A DNA stretch of 64,000 bases from Candidatus Nanopelagicales bacterium (GTDB taxonomy: Bacteria > Actinomycetota > Actinomycetes > S36-B12 > JBBQYX01): assembly GCA_038208295.1 (NCBI GenBank), contig JBBQYX010000001.1, forward strand, positions 85,001-149,000. Reading direction: 5' to 3'. The notes under the pieces were generated by a model. It saw only the letters and a program-made list of their open reading frames with translations, searched no databases and was not told the origin of the DNA. Of this stretch, positions 51,370-63,455 are shown piece after piece. A program made the translations under genes and the position numbers. Positions within the stretch are counted from its first letter, which is position 1. Each line of letters begins with the position of its first letter.

Positions 51370-52584
51370 TTACGCCATAGCCACCTTCAGGTTGTCGTCA
51401 ATAGCCGCCAGGAAGTCCTGGGTGGTCAGCCAGGGCTCGTCCGGGCCGATCAGCAGCGACAGGTCCTTGGTCATCTTGCCGCTCTCGACGGTGTCGATGC
51501 AGACCCGCTCCAGCGTCTCGGCGAACGCCGTCAGCGCGGCGTTGTCGTCCAGCTTGCCGCGGTGCGCCAGCCCGCGGGTCCAGGCGAAGATCGAGGCGAT
51601 CGGGTTGGTCGAGGTCGGGTTGCCCTGCTGGTGTTGGCGGTAGTGCCGGGTGACGGTGCCGTGCGCGGCCTCGGCCTCGACCGTGCGCCCGTCCGGAGTC
51701 ATCAGCACGCTGGTCATCAGCCCCAGCGAGCCGAAACCCTGGGCGATGGTGTCGGACTGCACGTCGCCGTCGTAGTTCTTACAGGCCCAGACATAGCCGC
51801 CCGCCCACTTCATCGCAGCAGCAACCATGTCGTCGATCAGGCGGTGTTCGTACGTGATCCCAGCCGCGGCAAACTCATCCTTGAACTCGGCCTCGAACAC
51901 CTCGGCGAACAGGTCCTTGAACTGGCCGTCGTACGCCTTGAGGATGGTGTTCTTCGTGGACAGGTAGACCGGGTAGTTGCGGTCCAAGCCGTATCGCATG
52001 GAGGCCCGGGCGAAATCGCGGATCGACTCGTCCAGGTTGTACATCCCCATCGCCACCCCGCCGGCCGGGAAGTCAAAGATGTTGAACTCCATCGGCTCCG
52101 AACCGTCGGTCGGCGTGAACGTCATGGTCAGGGTCCCGGCAGAGGGCACCTTGAAATCGGTGGCGCGGTATTGGTCCCCGAAAGCGTGCCTGCCCACCAC
52201 GATCGGCTTGGTCCAGCCGGGCACGAGCCGCGGAACGTTCTTCATGATGATCGGCTCGCGGAAGATCACGCCGCCGAGGATGTTGCGGACGGTTCCGTTG
52301 GGCGAGCGCCACATCTTCTTCAGGCCGAACTCCTCGACCCGGGCCTCGTCCGGTGTGATCGTGGCGCACTTCACGCCGACGCCGTGGCGTTGGATAGCGT
52401 GCGCGGCGTCGATGGTCACCTGGTCGTCGGTGGCATCACGGTGCTCGATACCCAGGTCGTAATAATCCAGTTCGATGTCCAGGTAGGGCAGGATCAACTG
52501 GTCCTTGATGAAAGCCCAGATGATGCGGGTCATCTCGTCGCCGTCGAGTTCGACGACGGGATGGGCCACCTTGATCTTCGCCAC
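51370..52584 (-). CDS. icd: NADP-dependent isocitrate dehydrogenase (Icd1/eukaryote-like type)
   Basis: [42 protein letters not shown]. Confidence 0.97.
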   Translation of the reverse strand: MAKIKVAHPVVELDGDEMTRIIWAFIKDQLILPYLDIELDYYDLGIEHRDATDDQVTIDAAHAIQRHGVGVKCATITPDEARVEEFGLKKMWRSPNGTVRNILGGVIFREPIIMKNVPRLVPGWTKPIVVGRHAFGDQYRATDFKVPSAGTLTMTFTPTDGSEPMEFNIFDFPAGGVAMGMYNLDESIRDFARASMRYGLDRNYPVYLSTKNTILKAYDGQFKDLFAEVFEAEFKDEFAAAGITYEHRLIDDMVAAAMKWAGGYVWACKNYDGDVQSDTIAQGFGSLGLMTSVLMTPDGRTVEAEAAHGTVTRHYRQHQQGNPTSTNPIASIFAWTRGLAHRGKLDDNAALTAFAETLERVCIDTVESGKMTKDLSLLIGPDEPWLTTQDFLAAIDDNLKVAMA

Positions 52585-52621
52585 GCGCGTTCTCCTTCAG
52601 CAGCTGTGTCATCGGTACGGC

Positions 52622-52647
52622 GGCCCGCCGGGACAATCCGGCGGGCC
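52622..52647 (-). terminator. Hairpin between mdh and icd
   Basis: ggcccgccgg gacaat ccggcgggcc. Confidence 0.6.
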
Positions 52648-52664
52648 CGTGGGAAACTCGCGAA

Positions 52665-53690
<1,026 letters not shown>

Positions 53691-53744
53691 TCACGGCGGG
53701 TGGGTCGCCGATACTCGACGCACCATCCGAGCCGGGCCCGAATA

Positions 53745-53762
53745 AATCTCGACGTCGAGATA
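53745..53762. promoter_or_regulatory. TamR-like (MarR/UrtR) operator upstream of mdh
   Basis: Perfect 16-bp palindrome ATCTCGACGTCGAGAT about 90 nt upstream of the mdh start. Confidence 0.6.
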
Positions 53763-53842
53763 CTTGCCGGGCCGAGACTAACGGATTCGACCCCGTCGGC
53801 TGTAGCCGGGGCAACCCCGTACCACCCTCGCTGGAACCTGTC

Positions 53843-54142
53843 TCACGACGGCGGCGGCACCCACAGCGACATCACCGTCATGCCGCCGGCGAGCAGGCCC
53901 AGCACGATGAGGTCCACGGTCTTGCTGCGTACGGCGAGCAGCCCGACGGTCCGATCGGTCAGCACCAGGCGCAGTGCGAAGGCCGCGATGAGGCTGACCG
54001 ACAGCAACAGGGAACCGCGGCGGAAGTGGTTGCTGGCGACCACCGCCAGGGACACTGCGACCCCGAGCACGACCAGCCCGATCGGCCATTCCCGCCGCCA
54101 CGGGTGCGCCGGCGGTCGCAGCCGGTGGACCGTGCCGTTCAT
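53843..54142 (-). CDS. DUF3017-like small membrane protein
   Basis: [18 protein letters not shown]. Coupled to folD, the conserved arrangement. Confidence 0.8.
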   Translation of the reverse strand: MNGTVHRLRPPAHPWRREWPIGLVVLGVAVSLAVVASNHFRRGSLLLSVSLIAAFALRLVLTDRTVGLLAVRSKTVDLIVLGLLAGGMTVMSLWVPPPS

Positions 54143-54984
54143 CGCGACCGTTCGGCGGACTCGACCACGTTGGTCAGCAGCATCGCCCGGGTCATCGGCC
54201 CGACCCCGCCGGGCATCGGCGCCACGAAGGCGGCCACCTCCCGCACGTCGGGGTGCACGTCGCCGACAAGCCCGTCGGCAGTGCGGGTGATGCCGACATC
54301 GAGCACGGTGACGCCTGCCCGGACTGCGTCCGCGGTGACCAGGTGCGGCACGCCGGCCGCCGCCACGACGATGTCGGCGCGGCGCAGGTGAGCCCTCAGG
54401 TCCCGAGTACCGGTGTGGCACAGGGTGACGGTGGCGTTCTCGGACTTGCGGGTCAGCAGCAGGCCGAGGGGTCGCCCGACCGTGACGCCGCGACCGACGA
54501 CCACGACCTCGGCCCCGTCGAGGGGAATGTCGTAGCGGCGCAGCAGGGCGACGATGCCGCGCGGGGTGCAGGGCAGCGGCGCGGGGGTGCCCAGGACGAG
54601 GCGGCCCAGATTCATCGGGTGCAGCCCGTCGGCGTCCTTGTCCGGGTCCATCAACTCCAGCACCCGGTGCGCGTCCAGACCGGCGGGCAGCGGCAACTGC
54701 ACGATGTAGCCGGTGCAGTCGGGATCGACGTTGAGTTCCTGGACGGCTGACTCGACGTCGGCCTGGCAGGCATCGGCGGGCAGGTCCACCCGCAGCGACG
54801 CGACCCCGACCTGCTCGCAGTCGCGGTGCTTGCCCGCGACGTACGCCCGGCTGCCCGGATCGTCGCCAACCAGGATGGTGCCCAGTCCGGGCCGGACCCC
54901 GGCTGCGGCCAGCGCGGCCACCCGTACGGTGAGTTCGGTACGTACGTCGGCTGCGGCGTCCTTGCCGTCCATGATCGTGCTCAC
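54139..54984 (-). CDS. folD: Methylenetetrahydrofolate dehydrogenase/cyclohydrolase
   Basis: [52 protein letters not shown] lies 7 nt before GTG. Confidence 0.96.
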   Translation of the reverse strand: MSTIMDGKDAAADVRTELTVRVAALAAAGVRPGLGTILVGDDPGSRAYVAGKHRDCEQVGVASLRVDLPADACQADVESAVQELNVDPDCTGYIVQLPLPAGLDAHRVLELMDPDKDADGLHPMNLGRLVLGTPAPLPCTPRGIVALLRRYDIPLDGAEVVVVGRGVTVGRPLGLLLTRKSENATVTLCHTGTRDLRAHLRRADIVVAAAGVPHLVTADAVRAGVTVLDVGITRTADGLVGDVHPDVREVAAFVAPMPGGVGPMTRAMLLTNVVESAERSR

Positions 54985-55205
54985 AGCCTCCATCCTGGCC
55001 TACCGCCGTGGCCGGGTGGCCGCCACCACCACTGCGACAGCCGGCAGCAGCGCGATCCGCGCCGGTCGCGGGTGCAGCGGCCCGTCGTTGCCGTCACGGA
55101 CCGTCGGCACGACTGCCGGATGACTGGTCGTCAGGCCCCTTCCTCCCCCGGTCAGTTGAGGTGCGGTCTCGCTGTCACGAGCAGAACTGCCAGTGGCACA
55201 ACTGT

Positions 55206-56801
55206 TTAGTGGAAGAAATGCCGGGTCCCGGTGAGATACAAGGTGGCGCCGGCCGCCTGCGCGGCGGCGATCACTTCGGCATCGCGTACGGAGCCCCCGG
55301 GCTGCACGATCGCGCGGATGCCCGCGGCCAGCAGTACCTCCAGCCCGTCCGGGAAGGGGAAGAACGCATCCGAGGCGGCCACCGCACCGCGGCAGCGTTC
55401 CTCGCCAGCGCGCGCGACCGCTAGCCGGGCCGCGTCGACCCGGTTGACCTGGCCCATTCCGACGCCGACCGCGGCGGTGTCGCGGGCCAGCAGGATGGCG
55501 TTGCTCTTGGCGGACCGGACCGCGCGCCAGGCGAACTCCAGGTCGGTCAACGTCGCCGGGTTAGCCGGATCGCCGCAGGCGAGGGTCCAGTCAGCGGGAT
55601 CGTCGCCGAACGCCTCGATGTCGTCCACCGACTGCAGCAGCACCCCACCGCTGATGGATCGGGACTCGATCCGGCGGCCCGGATGCGGTCCGGCCACCCG
55701 CAGCAGCCGTACGTTCTTCTTGGCCTGCAGGATCTCCAGCGCCGCCGGCTCGTAGTCCGGCGCGACGACGACCTCGGTGAAGACATCCTTCATCGCGGCC
55801 GCGGTCGCGGCGTCCAGCGGTCGGTTGGTGGCGACCACTCCGCCGTAAGCCGAGACCGGATCGGTGTCGAACGCCTTGGCGTACGCCTGCTCGATGGTCT
55901 CCGCCACGGCGATGCCGCACGGGTTCGCATGTTTGATGATGGCCACCGCGGGTGCCTGGTGGTCGAACGCCGCCCGCCGCGCAGCATCGGCGTCGACATA
56001 GTTGTTGTACGACATCTCCTTGCCGTGCAACTGTTCGGCGCGGGCCAGCCCGGGCCGGTGATCGTGCCCGGTGTAGAGGGCAGCGCGCTGGTGCGGGTTC
56101 TCCCCATAACGCAGCACCGCGGCCCGGTCCCACGACGCCCCCAGCCAGGTGGGGAAACCCGCCTGGTCGGGCGCCAGCACGTTGGCGAACCAGGAGGCCA
56201 CCGCGATGTCGTAACTGGCAGTGTGCGCGAACGCCAGCGCCGCCAGCTCGCGGCGCCGCGTCACAGTGAAGCCGCCGTCGGCGACGGCCGCCAGCACCTC
56301 CGGGTAGGCGCTCGGCGACGTGACGACGGCAACGTTGGCGAAGTTCTTCGCCGCCGCCCGGACCATTGCCGGTCCGCCGATATCGATCTGTTCGACGCAG
56401 CCGTCCGGCTGGGCGCCCGATGCCACCGTGTCGGCAAAGGGATACAGATTGACGACGACCAACTCGAAGGCCTCGATACCCAACTCGTCCAGTTGCGCAC
56501 GGTGCGCGGCCAGCCGTACGTCGGCCAGCACGCCGGCGTGGACTCGCGGATGCAGCGTCTTCACCCGGCCGTCGAGGCACTCGGGGAACCCGGTCAGGTC
56601 GGCCACCAGCTGCACCGGGACGCCGGCCTCGGCGATCATCGCGGCCGTGGTCCCAGTGGACACCAGGGCGACGCCGGCGGCATGCAACCCGCGGGCCAAC
56701 TCGGCTAAGCCCGACTTGTCCGAGACCGAGATCAGCGCCCGGCGGATCGGCGTACGGGCCTGGTGTGGACCGTCGGCTGCGGGGACGCTGGGCGTGCTCA
56801 C
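55206..56801 (-). CDS. purH: AICAR transformylase/IMP cyclohydrolase
   Basis: [50 protein letters not shown]. Confidence 0.97.
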   Translation of the reverse strand: MSTPSVPAADGPHQARTPIRRALISVSDKSGLAELARGLHAAGVALVSTGTTAAMIAEAGVPVQLVADLTGFPECLDGRVKTLHPRVHAGVLADVRLAAHRAQLDELGIEAFELVVVNLYPFADTVASGAQPDGCVEQIDIGGPAMVRAAAKNFANVAVVTSPSAYPEVLAAVADGGFTVTRRRELAALAFAHTASYDIAVASWFANVLAPDQAGFPTWLGASWDRAAVLRYGENPHQRAALYTGHDHRPGLARAEQLHGKEMSYNNYVDADAARRAAFDHQAPAVAIIKHANPCGIAVAETIEQAYAKAFDTDPVSAYGGVVATNRPLDAATAAAMKDVFTEVVVAPDYEPAALEILQAKKNVRLLRVAGPHPGRRIESRSISGGVLLQSVDDIEAFGDDPADWTLACGDPANPATLTDLEFAWRAVRSAKSNAILLARDTAAVGVGMGQVNRVDAARLAVARAGEERCRGAVAASDAFFPFPDGLEVLLAAGIRAIVQPGGSVRDAEVIAAAQAAGATLYLTGTRHFFH

Positions 56802-57400
56802 GGGATGGTGACCTTCCTGCCGGTGACGGTGCAGCCGTGCGTGGCCAGGGCGGCCACCACGTCAACGAGGAGCCGCCTTTCGACGACCTTGATGCGTTCG
56901 TGCAGAGTGTCCTCGTTGTCACTGGGGTCCACCCGTACGGCCTCCTGGGCCAGCACCGGGCCGGTGTCCACACCCGCGTCGACCAGATGCACCGTGCACC
57001 CGGTGACGGCGACCCCGTAAGCCAACGCATCCCGCACCGCGTGCGCGCCGGGAAACGCCGGCAGCAGCGCCGGGTGGGTGTTCAGCACCCGGGACGGGAA
57101 TGCCTCCAGGAACTCCGCGCCGAGGATCCGCATGAATCCGGCCGAGACGACCCAGTCAGGGTGCTGGGCGGCCACCGCATCGCGCAGGGCACGGTCCCAG
57201 CCGGATCGATCGGGATAGTCGTGCGGTGCGACCTCGAATGTCGGGCGGCCCGCGACGGCGGCGCGGGCGATGGCCGCGGTGCCGGGCCGGTCGGCGCCGA
57301 CCGCGACGACATCGGCCTGCAGGGTCTGCGGTGCGGTGTCCAGCAGGGTCTGCAGCAAAGTGCCGGAGCCGGACACCAGGACCACCAGCCGGCTGCGCAC
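56798..57400 (-). CDS. purN: Phosphoribosylglycinamide formyltransferase
   Basis: [33 protein letters not shown]. Confidence 0.96.
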   Translation of the reverse strand: MRSRLVVLVSGSGTLLQTLLDTAPQTLQADVVAVGADRPGTAAIARAAVAGRPTFEVAPHDYPDRSGWDRALRDAVAAQHPDWVVSAGFMRILGAEFLEAFPSRVLNTHPALLPAFPGAHAVRDALAYGVAVTGCTVHLVDAGVDTGPVLAQEAVRVDPSDNEDTLHERIKVVERRLLVDVVAALATHGCTVTGRKVTIP

Positions 57401-57420
57401 GATGGTTGAGCCTAGTCCGC

Positions 57421-57457
57421 CGCAGGGGCACCGGCCGTCTCGGCCGATGCCCCTGCG
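57421..57457 (-). terminator. Long hairpin downstream of the RDD gene
   Basis: cgcaggggcaccggccg tct cggccgatgcccctgcg. Confidence 0.7.
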
Positions 57458-57536
57458 TGGGTTCGTTCGTTGAATGGCGGTGCGTGCGTTGTGCTGCGCT
57501 CACCCTGAGCTCAGGTGCGGAGACGGCTTCCCGAGG

Positions 57537-58319
57537 TCAGGCCCGCGGTGCCTTGACGATGTAGACGTCGGCGTAGTGGTCCTGGTAGCCCTGCATCCGC
57601 TTGTCCTTGTCCCACAGCGGGGAGAAGTAGACGGCCAGGACGGCCAGGGATGCCAGCGTGCTAATGAAGATGACGAACAGGCCGAGCAGGCTGCCGACCA
57701 ACGAGATGCCGCCGGTGAGTAGCCAGCGCTTGGTCGCGCGGTCATAGCCCGGCAACCCGCCGTCCTGCGGGCGCACGGCCTTGATCTTGATGACCATGCC
57801 GCCCAGCGTCTGACCCTTCGCGCCGATGAAGTAGATCTGGTACGCAGCACCGAGGGCCGCGAACAGCAGCGTGTAGATCGCCGTCGCCCCGAACGCCGTC
57901 CCGGTGGAGACGGCTCCGGTGTTGAGGTCAATAGAAGGGCTCCGGACAAGCAACGGCACGAAGATGAGCAGCGACAGGATGATCGCGGGGATGATCAGGA
58001 TCACCGCATCGATCAGACCGCCGAGGATGCGCTCGCCGATGCTGGCCAGCGGCACGACGCCCTGGCCGGGGATCTCGACTGACTGCTGGGCCACCGGGCC
58101 GCCGTACGCCGGTTGGCCGTAGCCCCCGGGGGATGGCGGCATCGCTCCCCCGGGCGGCAGGCCATACCCCGGCTGGGACCCGGGCGGGGGATATCCGGGT
58201 TGCTGATAGCCCGCCGGAGGCGGCGGCGGCGGGTAACCGCCCGGTGGTGGCGGCGGGTAACCGCCCGGTGGTGGCTGCGGGTCGTCCCCGCCGGGTGATG
58301 GGACGTTGGGGTCGGGCAC
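57537..58319 (-). CDS. RDD-family membrane protein with Pro/Gly-rich N-terminus
   Basis: LASIGERILGGLID, GQTLGG, QGYQDHYAD; PPPGGY repeats. SD aaggag. Confidence 0.88.
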   Translation of the reverse strand: MPDPNVPSPGGDDPQPPPGGYPPPPPGGYPPPPPPAGYQQPGYPPPGSQPGYGLPPGGAMPPSPGGYGQPAYGGPVAQQSVEIPGQGVVPLASIGERILGGLIDAVILIIPAIILSLLIFVPLLVRSPSIDLNTGAVSTGTAFGATAIYTLLFAALGAAYQIYFIGAKGQTLGGMVIKIKAVRPQDGGLPGYDRATKRWLLTGGISLVGSLLGLFVIFISTLASLAVLAVYFSPLWDKDKRMQGYQDHYADVYIVKAPRA

Positions 58320-58351
58320 GAGGTTCTCCTTCGGGACGGCAACGGGTCAAT

Positions 58352-58440
58352 GGGTCTGCGCTGTACGGGTCTGCGCTGATCAGTGCTGCACGATGCTGGT
58401 ATGCAGGCGAGCTGGTCTGGCGGCGAGCTGGTCTGGCGGC
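58352..58440. repeat. Two adjacent tandem duplications (15-bp and 16-bp period)
   Basis: gggtctgcgctg x2 and ggcgagctggtctggc x2. Confidence 0.85.
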
Positions 58441-58582
58441 AAGATGGTGCACGGCGCCGATTCGTTCAGAACCGATCATTGCGCGGACCATGCCGCTGCG
58501 GGAGCCCTTGCGCACTTTGTGCTGAACCGGGCGTGTCGACTCCGTCCTATCGACCGCGAGGAGCGACGTACGCAGGCCAATG

Positions 58583-59854
58583 TCAGGCGGGTCGATCCGA
58601 GTGTTCGTGCGGGGGCAGCAATGCAGCGACCACGATCCCCACTGTGACGGCGCCGAATGCGGCGAGACCACCGGCCGCCCACGCCGGACCGAGTCCTTGG
58701 AGCTGCCTCTCGCCGAGATCCCCCGAAGCGGCAGCGCAGAGGACGGCCACCGCCGCTCCGACCCCTGCAGGTACGGCCGCCACCAGCGACAGGCGTCGCA
58801 GCCGGGACCCGCGCTCGGCACCCGGACCGACAACCGGCCCGGCGTGCGACAGTCCCGCTCGAGCCAGCACCCGACCGCCAAGGACCCCGGCGACGATCGG
58901 CACGATCAGCAACACCGGGGCCCAGCCGGGTACCCGACCCGGGATCGCCGCCAGCAACGGTAAGCCGGGCAGAACGGCCGGATCCACCCCAAGGGCGGAC
59001 AGGTGAGCGCCGGCGCCCAGGCTCACACCGGGGCCCAGCAGCACCGCTAGGGCCCACAGCACCGCCGTAGGCAGATAGGCCAGGCTCAGCAGCAGCAGCG
59101 CCAACCCGCCGAGCCCGCGCGCAGTCAGCTCGGCCGTCGTGTCCGTGACCGCCGGCCAGTGCAGGGTCAACAGCAGGGCTATCAGCAGGGCGGCGGCGGC
59201 GATCAGGACCAGCAGCACCGCGAGCACCGCGCGGCCCACGGCGCGTACCTCCCACGGGATGCGTGCCGACACCCGGGCAGCGCCTACCGACCCACGGGCG
59301 ACGCCGATAGCCAGGGCCGGCAGCGCGACTGTCAACCCGGCCAGCACCGCCGCGAACGGGGCGACCGTAGCCGACCCCGGGGTGGCGACGACCGCGACCA
59401 GCCCGGTCGTGAGCGCATACATGATGCTCGTCGACACCGTCAGCAGCACGGCGTCACCCACGTCGGCGACCGAGGCGCTCTGGGACGCCCAGCGCCCCGA
59501 CCGGTACAACAGGACCGCCGGGATCGCCACCAGCCCCAGGGGCAGCAGGCGCACCGTCTGCCCAGCCATGGTCACCGGCGCCTGGTGGGCGATCAGCCAG
59601 GCCAGTCCCATCGCCCGGACGGGCTCGTCGGTGGCGGTGTCCGCATGCGGCGTCACGACCCAGGTCACCAGAACGGGCAACCCCACGAGCACGGCACCGA
59701 GCAGCGCCGGCCACGCGGCAGCGATCACCGCGGCGACCGGCAGGGACCGCGCCGGCACCGCACCGTCGCTGCGTCGGATCACCGCCGGTGCACGCAGGAC
59801 AGCCGTACCGGCCGCCGAGCGCTGCTCAGTCCGGGGCCGGGGGGAGGAACTCAC
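58583..59854 (-). CDS. PerM/DUF6350-like integral membrane protein
   Basis: Multi-TM; WLIAH, LLPLGL, YLPTAVLW, GPGVSLG, LPGLPLLAAIP. Conserved position between sucD and purN. Confidence 0.75.
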   Translation of the reverse strand: MSSSPRPRTEQRSAAGTAVLRAPAVIRRSDGAVPARSLPVAAVIAAAWPALLGAVLVGLPVLVTWVVTPHADTATDEPVRAMGLAWLIAHQAPVTMAGQTVRLLPLGLVAIPAVLLYRSGRWASQSASVADVGDAVLLTVSTSIMYALTTGLVAVVATPGSATVAPFAAVLAGLTVALPALAIGVARGSVGAARVSARIPWEVRAVGRAVLAVLLVLIAAAALLIALLLTLHWPAVTDTTAELTARGLGGLALLLLSLAYLPTAVLWALAVLLGPGVSLGAGAHLSALGVDPAVLPGLPLLAAIPGRVPGWAPVLLIVPIVAGVLGGRVLARAGLSHAGPVVGPGAERGSRLRRLSLVAAVPAGVGAAVAVLCAAASGDLGERQLQGLGPAWAAGGLAAFGAVTVGIVVAALLPPHEHSDRPA

Positions 59855-59981
59855 CGGACCGAGCCTGGCATGGATAGCGGCCCCAGCCGGGATGCCACGC
59901 GGACGGGACGGCACCCGTCCGCGACCGCACCGACCACGAGACCGGGGCCGTTACTCGGTCAGCGCCCCACCCGTGCCCGCT

Positions 59982-60860
59982 CTACGACGACAGCGACTGC
60001 ATGACCTCACGCATGATCCTGGCCGTCGCACTGGGCGTGCGGCCCACGCGTACGCCGGCCGCCTCGAGCGCCTCCTGCTTGGCCAATGCGGTGCCGGAAG
60101 AGCCGGACACGATCGCGCCGGCGTGCCCCATCGTCTTGCCCTCAGGCGCAGTGAAACCGGCAACGTAGCCGACGACCGGCTTGGTGACGTGCTCGCCGAT
60201 GTAGGCCGCAGCGCGTTCCTCGGCGTCGCCGCCGATCTCCCCGATCAGCACGATCGCGTCAGTGTCCGGGTCGGCCTCGAAGGCGGCCAGACAGTCGATG
60301 TGCGTAGTCCCGATGATCGGGTCGCCACCGATCCCGACGCAGGTCGAGAATCCGATGTCCCGCAACTCGTACATCATCTGATACGTCAGCGTGCCGGACT
60401 TGCTGACCAGACCGATGCGACCGGGCTGGGTAATGTCGGCGGGAATGATGCCGGCATTGCTCACCCCTGGGGTGATGATGCCCGGACAGTTCGGTCCGAT
60501 GATCCGGGTGGTTCCGGAGTTCTCCGCATATTGGAAGAACTGCGCCGTATCGTGCACCGGGATGCCCTCGGTGATGACCACGCATAACGGTACGCCGTTG
60601 TCGACGGTTTCCAACACTGCCCGCTTGGCAAACTTCGGCGGGACGAAGACCACCGAGACGTTGGCACCGGTGGCCGCCACCGCGTCAGCGACGGTGTCGA
60701 ACACCGGGATACCGTCGAGTTCCTGACCGCCCTTGCCGGGAGTCACGCCAGCAACCACCTGGGCGCCGCTGGCGACCATCCGGCGGGTGTGCTTGGTGCC
60801 CTCGGCACCTGTCATCCCCTGTACGAGGATCTTGCTGTCCTTGTCGAGAAAGATGGCCAT
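59982..60860 (-). CDS. sucD: Succinyl-CoA synthetase alpha subunit
   Basis: [27 protein letters not shown] (phospho-His). Confidence 0.97.
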   Translation of the reverse strand: MAIFLDKDSKILVQGMTGAEGTKHTRRMVASGAQVVAGVTPGKGGQELDGIPVFDTVADAVAATGANVSVVFVPPKFAKRAVLETVDNGVPLCVVITEGIPVHDTAQFFQYAENSGTTRIIGPNCPGIITPGVSNAGIIPADITQPGRIGLVSKSGTLTYQMMYELRDIGFSTCVGIGGDPIIGTTHIDCLAAFEADPDTDAIVLIGEIGGDAEERAAAYIGEHVTKPVVGYVAGFTAPEGKTMGHAGAIVSGSSGTALAKQEALEAAGVRVGRTPSATARIMREVMQSLSS

Positions 60861-60872
60861 TGCTTCAGGTCC

Positions 60873-62051
60873 TCACTTCGCCAGGGACGCGAGTTCGGCG
60901 ACCCGCCGGGCCGCATCGTCCATCGTCTCGACCAGTTCGATCACGTCGTGTTCGGCGGCGTCCAGAATCGCGCGGCCCTCCGCGGCGTTGTTGCCGTCGA
61001 TACGGCACACGATCGGCTTGACCACGGGTTCACCACGTTCCTGCAGCATCCCGATGGCCTGGACGATGCCATCGGCGACCGCGTCGCACGAGGTGATCCC
61101 GCCGAAGACGTTGACAAACACCGCCTTGACACTCGGGTCGTTCAGCACGATGTCGAGCCCATTGGCCATCACCTGGGCGCTGGCCCCGCCGCCGATGTCC
61201 AGGAAGTTGGCCGGCTGAATGCCACCGAACTCCTCACCGGCGTAGGCCACGACGTCCAGGGTCGACATGACCAAGCCGGCACCATTGCCGACAACGCCGA
61301 CCTCGCCGTCGAGTTTCACATAGTTGAGATCAAACTCCCGGGCACGCAACTCGATCGGGTCGGCGCCGGCGACGTCCGCCAGGTCGGCGTGCGAGGCGTG
61401 CCGGTAGTCGGCATTACCGTCCAGGGTGACCTTGCCGTCCAGGGCAACGACTCGCCCATCGGGGGTCTCCACCAACGGGTTCACCTCGACCAGGGTGGCG
61501 TCCTCACCCACCATCACGTTCCACAGCTTCTGCAGGACGTCGATGACTTGGGTACGGACATCACCGGTGAATCCAGCAGCATCGGCGATCTCGGTCGCCT
61601 TGGCCTCGGTCACCCCGTCGATGGCGTCGACCGGGATCTTCGCCAACGCCTCCGGGCGTTCCACGGCCAGTTGCTCGATCTCCACGCCACCCTCCACGCT
61701 GGCCATCGCCAGGAACGAGCGGTCGGTGCGGTCGAGCAGGAACGAGACGTAGTACTCCTCGGCGATGTCGCACGCCTCGGTCACGAGCACCCGTCGAACT
61801 ATGTGGCCCTTGATGTCCAGGCCGAGGATGTCGCGGGCCCGGTCGCTGGCCTCCGCCGGGTCGGCGGCCAGTTTCACCCCGCCGGCCTTGCCCCGACCGC
61901 CGGTCTTCACCTGCGCCTTGACGACCACCTGGGCGCCGATCTTGCGGGCGACCTCACGGGCGGCGTCGGGTGTTGAGCACACCTCGCCAGCGGTGACGGG
62001 CACGCCGTGCTTACCGAACAGATGCTTGGCCTGGTACTCGTACAGATCCAC
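60873..62051 (-). CDS. sucC: Succinyl-CoA synthetase beta subunit
   Basis: [43 protein letters not shown]. Confidence 0.97.
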   Translation of the reverse strand: MDLYEYQAKHLFGKHGVPVTAGEVCSTPDAAREVARKIGAQVVVKAQVKTGGRGKAGGVKLAADPAEASDRARDILGLDIKGHIVRRVLVTEACDIAEEYYVSFLLDRTDRSFLAMASVEGGVEIEQLAVERPEALAKIPVDAIDGVTEAKATEIADAAGFTGDVRTQVIDVLQKLWNVMVGEDATLVEVNPLVETPDGRVVALDGKVTLDGNADYRHASHADLADVAGADPIELRAREFDLNYVKLDGEVGVVGNGAGLVMSTLDVVAYAGEEFGGIQPANFLDIGGGASAQVMANGLDIVLNDPSVKAVFVNVFGGITSCDAVADGIVQAIGMLQERGEPVVKPIVCRIDGNNAAEGRAILDAAEHDVIELVETMDDAARRVAELASLAK

Positions 62052-62261
62052 AGGCGTACCGTCCTCGCGGTGGGGACTGAGCCGGGGCGGACCGCCCCGC
62101 AGCATTGGCGTTGCGCACCCTAGTCCCAGGCACCTCGCGGCCAGATCTGCAGTCCGCGCTGCGGAACCCGTACGCGCCGGATGGCTACGAGCCCGCGGCG
62201 AGCGGACCGCGCCGACATGGGCGCCGGGCAAGGCTGATGGTCCTCACTTCACGCCTCGCGA

Positions 62262-62354
62262 GTCACACCAATGCACACCCGTCACATCCGTCACAGCGCA
62301 GTTGGCGCCCCAGCACCACACCCTGCTAGCCATACCCCGTTACCCGTTCGTTAC
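62262..62354 (+). promoter_or_regulatory. GTCAC/GTTAC direct repeats (MtrA/GlnR-box-like) in the sucC-M23 divergent region
   Basis: GTCAC at 62262 and 62281, GTCACAGCG at 62290, GTTAC-N6-GTTAC at 62339-62354. Confidence 0.4.
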
Positions 62355-62435
62355 CCCCGAGGCGCCCTGGACAACGGGGCGCGGCGAATGGCCTGGCAGC
62401 GCCCGGACAACGCTGCGGTCGCCGCACTCGGTGGG
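62354..62435 (+). ncRNA. Candidate structured cis-regulatory RNA in the M23 gene leader
   Basis: Nested stems form a three-way junction; both hairpin tips carry GGACAA. Confidence 0.4.
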
Positions 62436-62455
62436 TCCATCGGCACGGAGGCGCA

Positions 62456-63397
62456 GTGCATCCGCAGGGACAACCGCAGGGCTATCTGCAGAGCCATCTG
62501 CAGGGACAACCACCGGGCCATCTGAAGGGCCAACCGCCGGGCACCGCGCCGTCGGCGCCCGTACGACTCACCCGGCGCGGTCGACGGCTGGTCACCCTGG
62601 TGGGTGCCCTGGTGATCCTGCTGGGAGCCGTCGGTTCCCTCGACGCTTCGGTGGGCACGGCACGGGCCGGTACGCAGTTTGCCGCCGGGTCGCAGGCAGC
62701 CGACGGCGCCGGCGCGGACACGGTTCACCTGACCACTGCTGCCCCGGCTCTCACTGCTGGCACTGCTGCCACCGACAGCGCCACCGACAGCGCCACTGAC
62801 AGCGCCACTGACAGCGCTGCCGCGGTGTCCACCGCGGTCTTGGCGGCCCGGCTAGAGGCGACCCGGCTGGAGGCGGCCCGGCGAGCCTCCCGCGCGGCGC
62901 AGCGCAGCGACGTCGAGGCCTTACAGGCCGTGCATCGCACCCGCACGGCCGCCCCGCCGCCGGCGGTGGTCCCGCCCCAGCAGGAGGTGCCGTTGACCGC
63001 GACGTACGGCCAGCAGGGCGCACACTGGGCGCATCGGCATACCGGTCTGGACTTCAACGGCAACTGGGGCGACCCGGTCGTGGCAGCCGTGACCGCCACC
63101 GTCGCGCGGATCGTCAAGCATCGCGCGTACGGGCACCTGCTGGTGCTTCGCGCCCCCGACGGGATCGAGCTGTGGTACGCCCACCTGGCCCGCATCCTGG
63201 TCAAATCCGGCGCGCACGTCACCGTCGGTCAGGTCGTCGCCTTGGAGGGATCCTCGGGCAACTCCACCGGCGCCCACCTGCACTTCGAGGTACGCCGCAA
63301 CGGCGTACCCACCGATCCGAAGATCTATCTGTGGGGCCCCCGGCTGGGCGTCGCGGCCGCGCCGGCGCCCTGGGCCTGCGCGGTCTACGGGTGCTGA
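62456..63397 (+). CDS. M23-family metallopeptidase (cell-wall hydrolase)
   Basis: TM/signal segment; HTGLD, YG, YAHL, GNSTGAHLHFEV. Confidence 0.9.
   Translation: MHPQGQPQGYLQSHLQGQPPGHLKGQPPGTAPSAPVRLTRRGRRLVTLVGALVILLGAVGSLDASVGTARAGTQFAAGSQAADGAGADTVHLTTAAPALTAGTAATDSATDSATDSATDSAAAVSTAVLAARLEATRLEAARRASRAAQRSDVEALQAVHRTRTAAPPPAVVPPQQEVPLTATYGQQGAHWAHRHTGLDFNGNWGDPVVAAVTATVARIVKHRAYGHLLVLRAPDGIELWYAHLARILVKSGAHVTVGQVVALEGSSGNSTGAHLHFEVRRNGVPTDPKIYLWGPRLGVAAAPAPWACAVYGC
62768..62815 (+). repeat. 12-bp coding tandem repeat x4 (ATDS)
   Basis: gccacygacagc x4. Confidence 0.9.
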
Positions 63398-63455
63398 GCG
63401 GGCGCTGAGCCGCCCTGCTGCTACCGACCCGCGCGGCCAGTCACCTGACCCTCGA

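Noticed and set aside
57401-57536. ZMP/ZTP (pfl) riboswitch upstream of purN-purH
   Set aside because: No consensus elements; the region holds a terminator hairpin and a TAGGCT -10 only 8 nt from the start.
62240-62455. c-di-AMP (ydaO) riboswitch ahead of the M23 gene
   Set aside because: The hallmark GCnGAAUCC, GGAAC, GGGGUGAAU and CCCGAACCCG.CAGCUAAC segments are not present; the structure is reported separately as an unknown motif.
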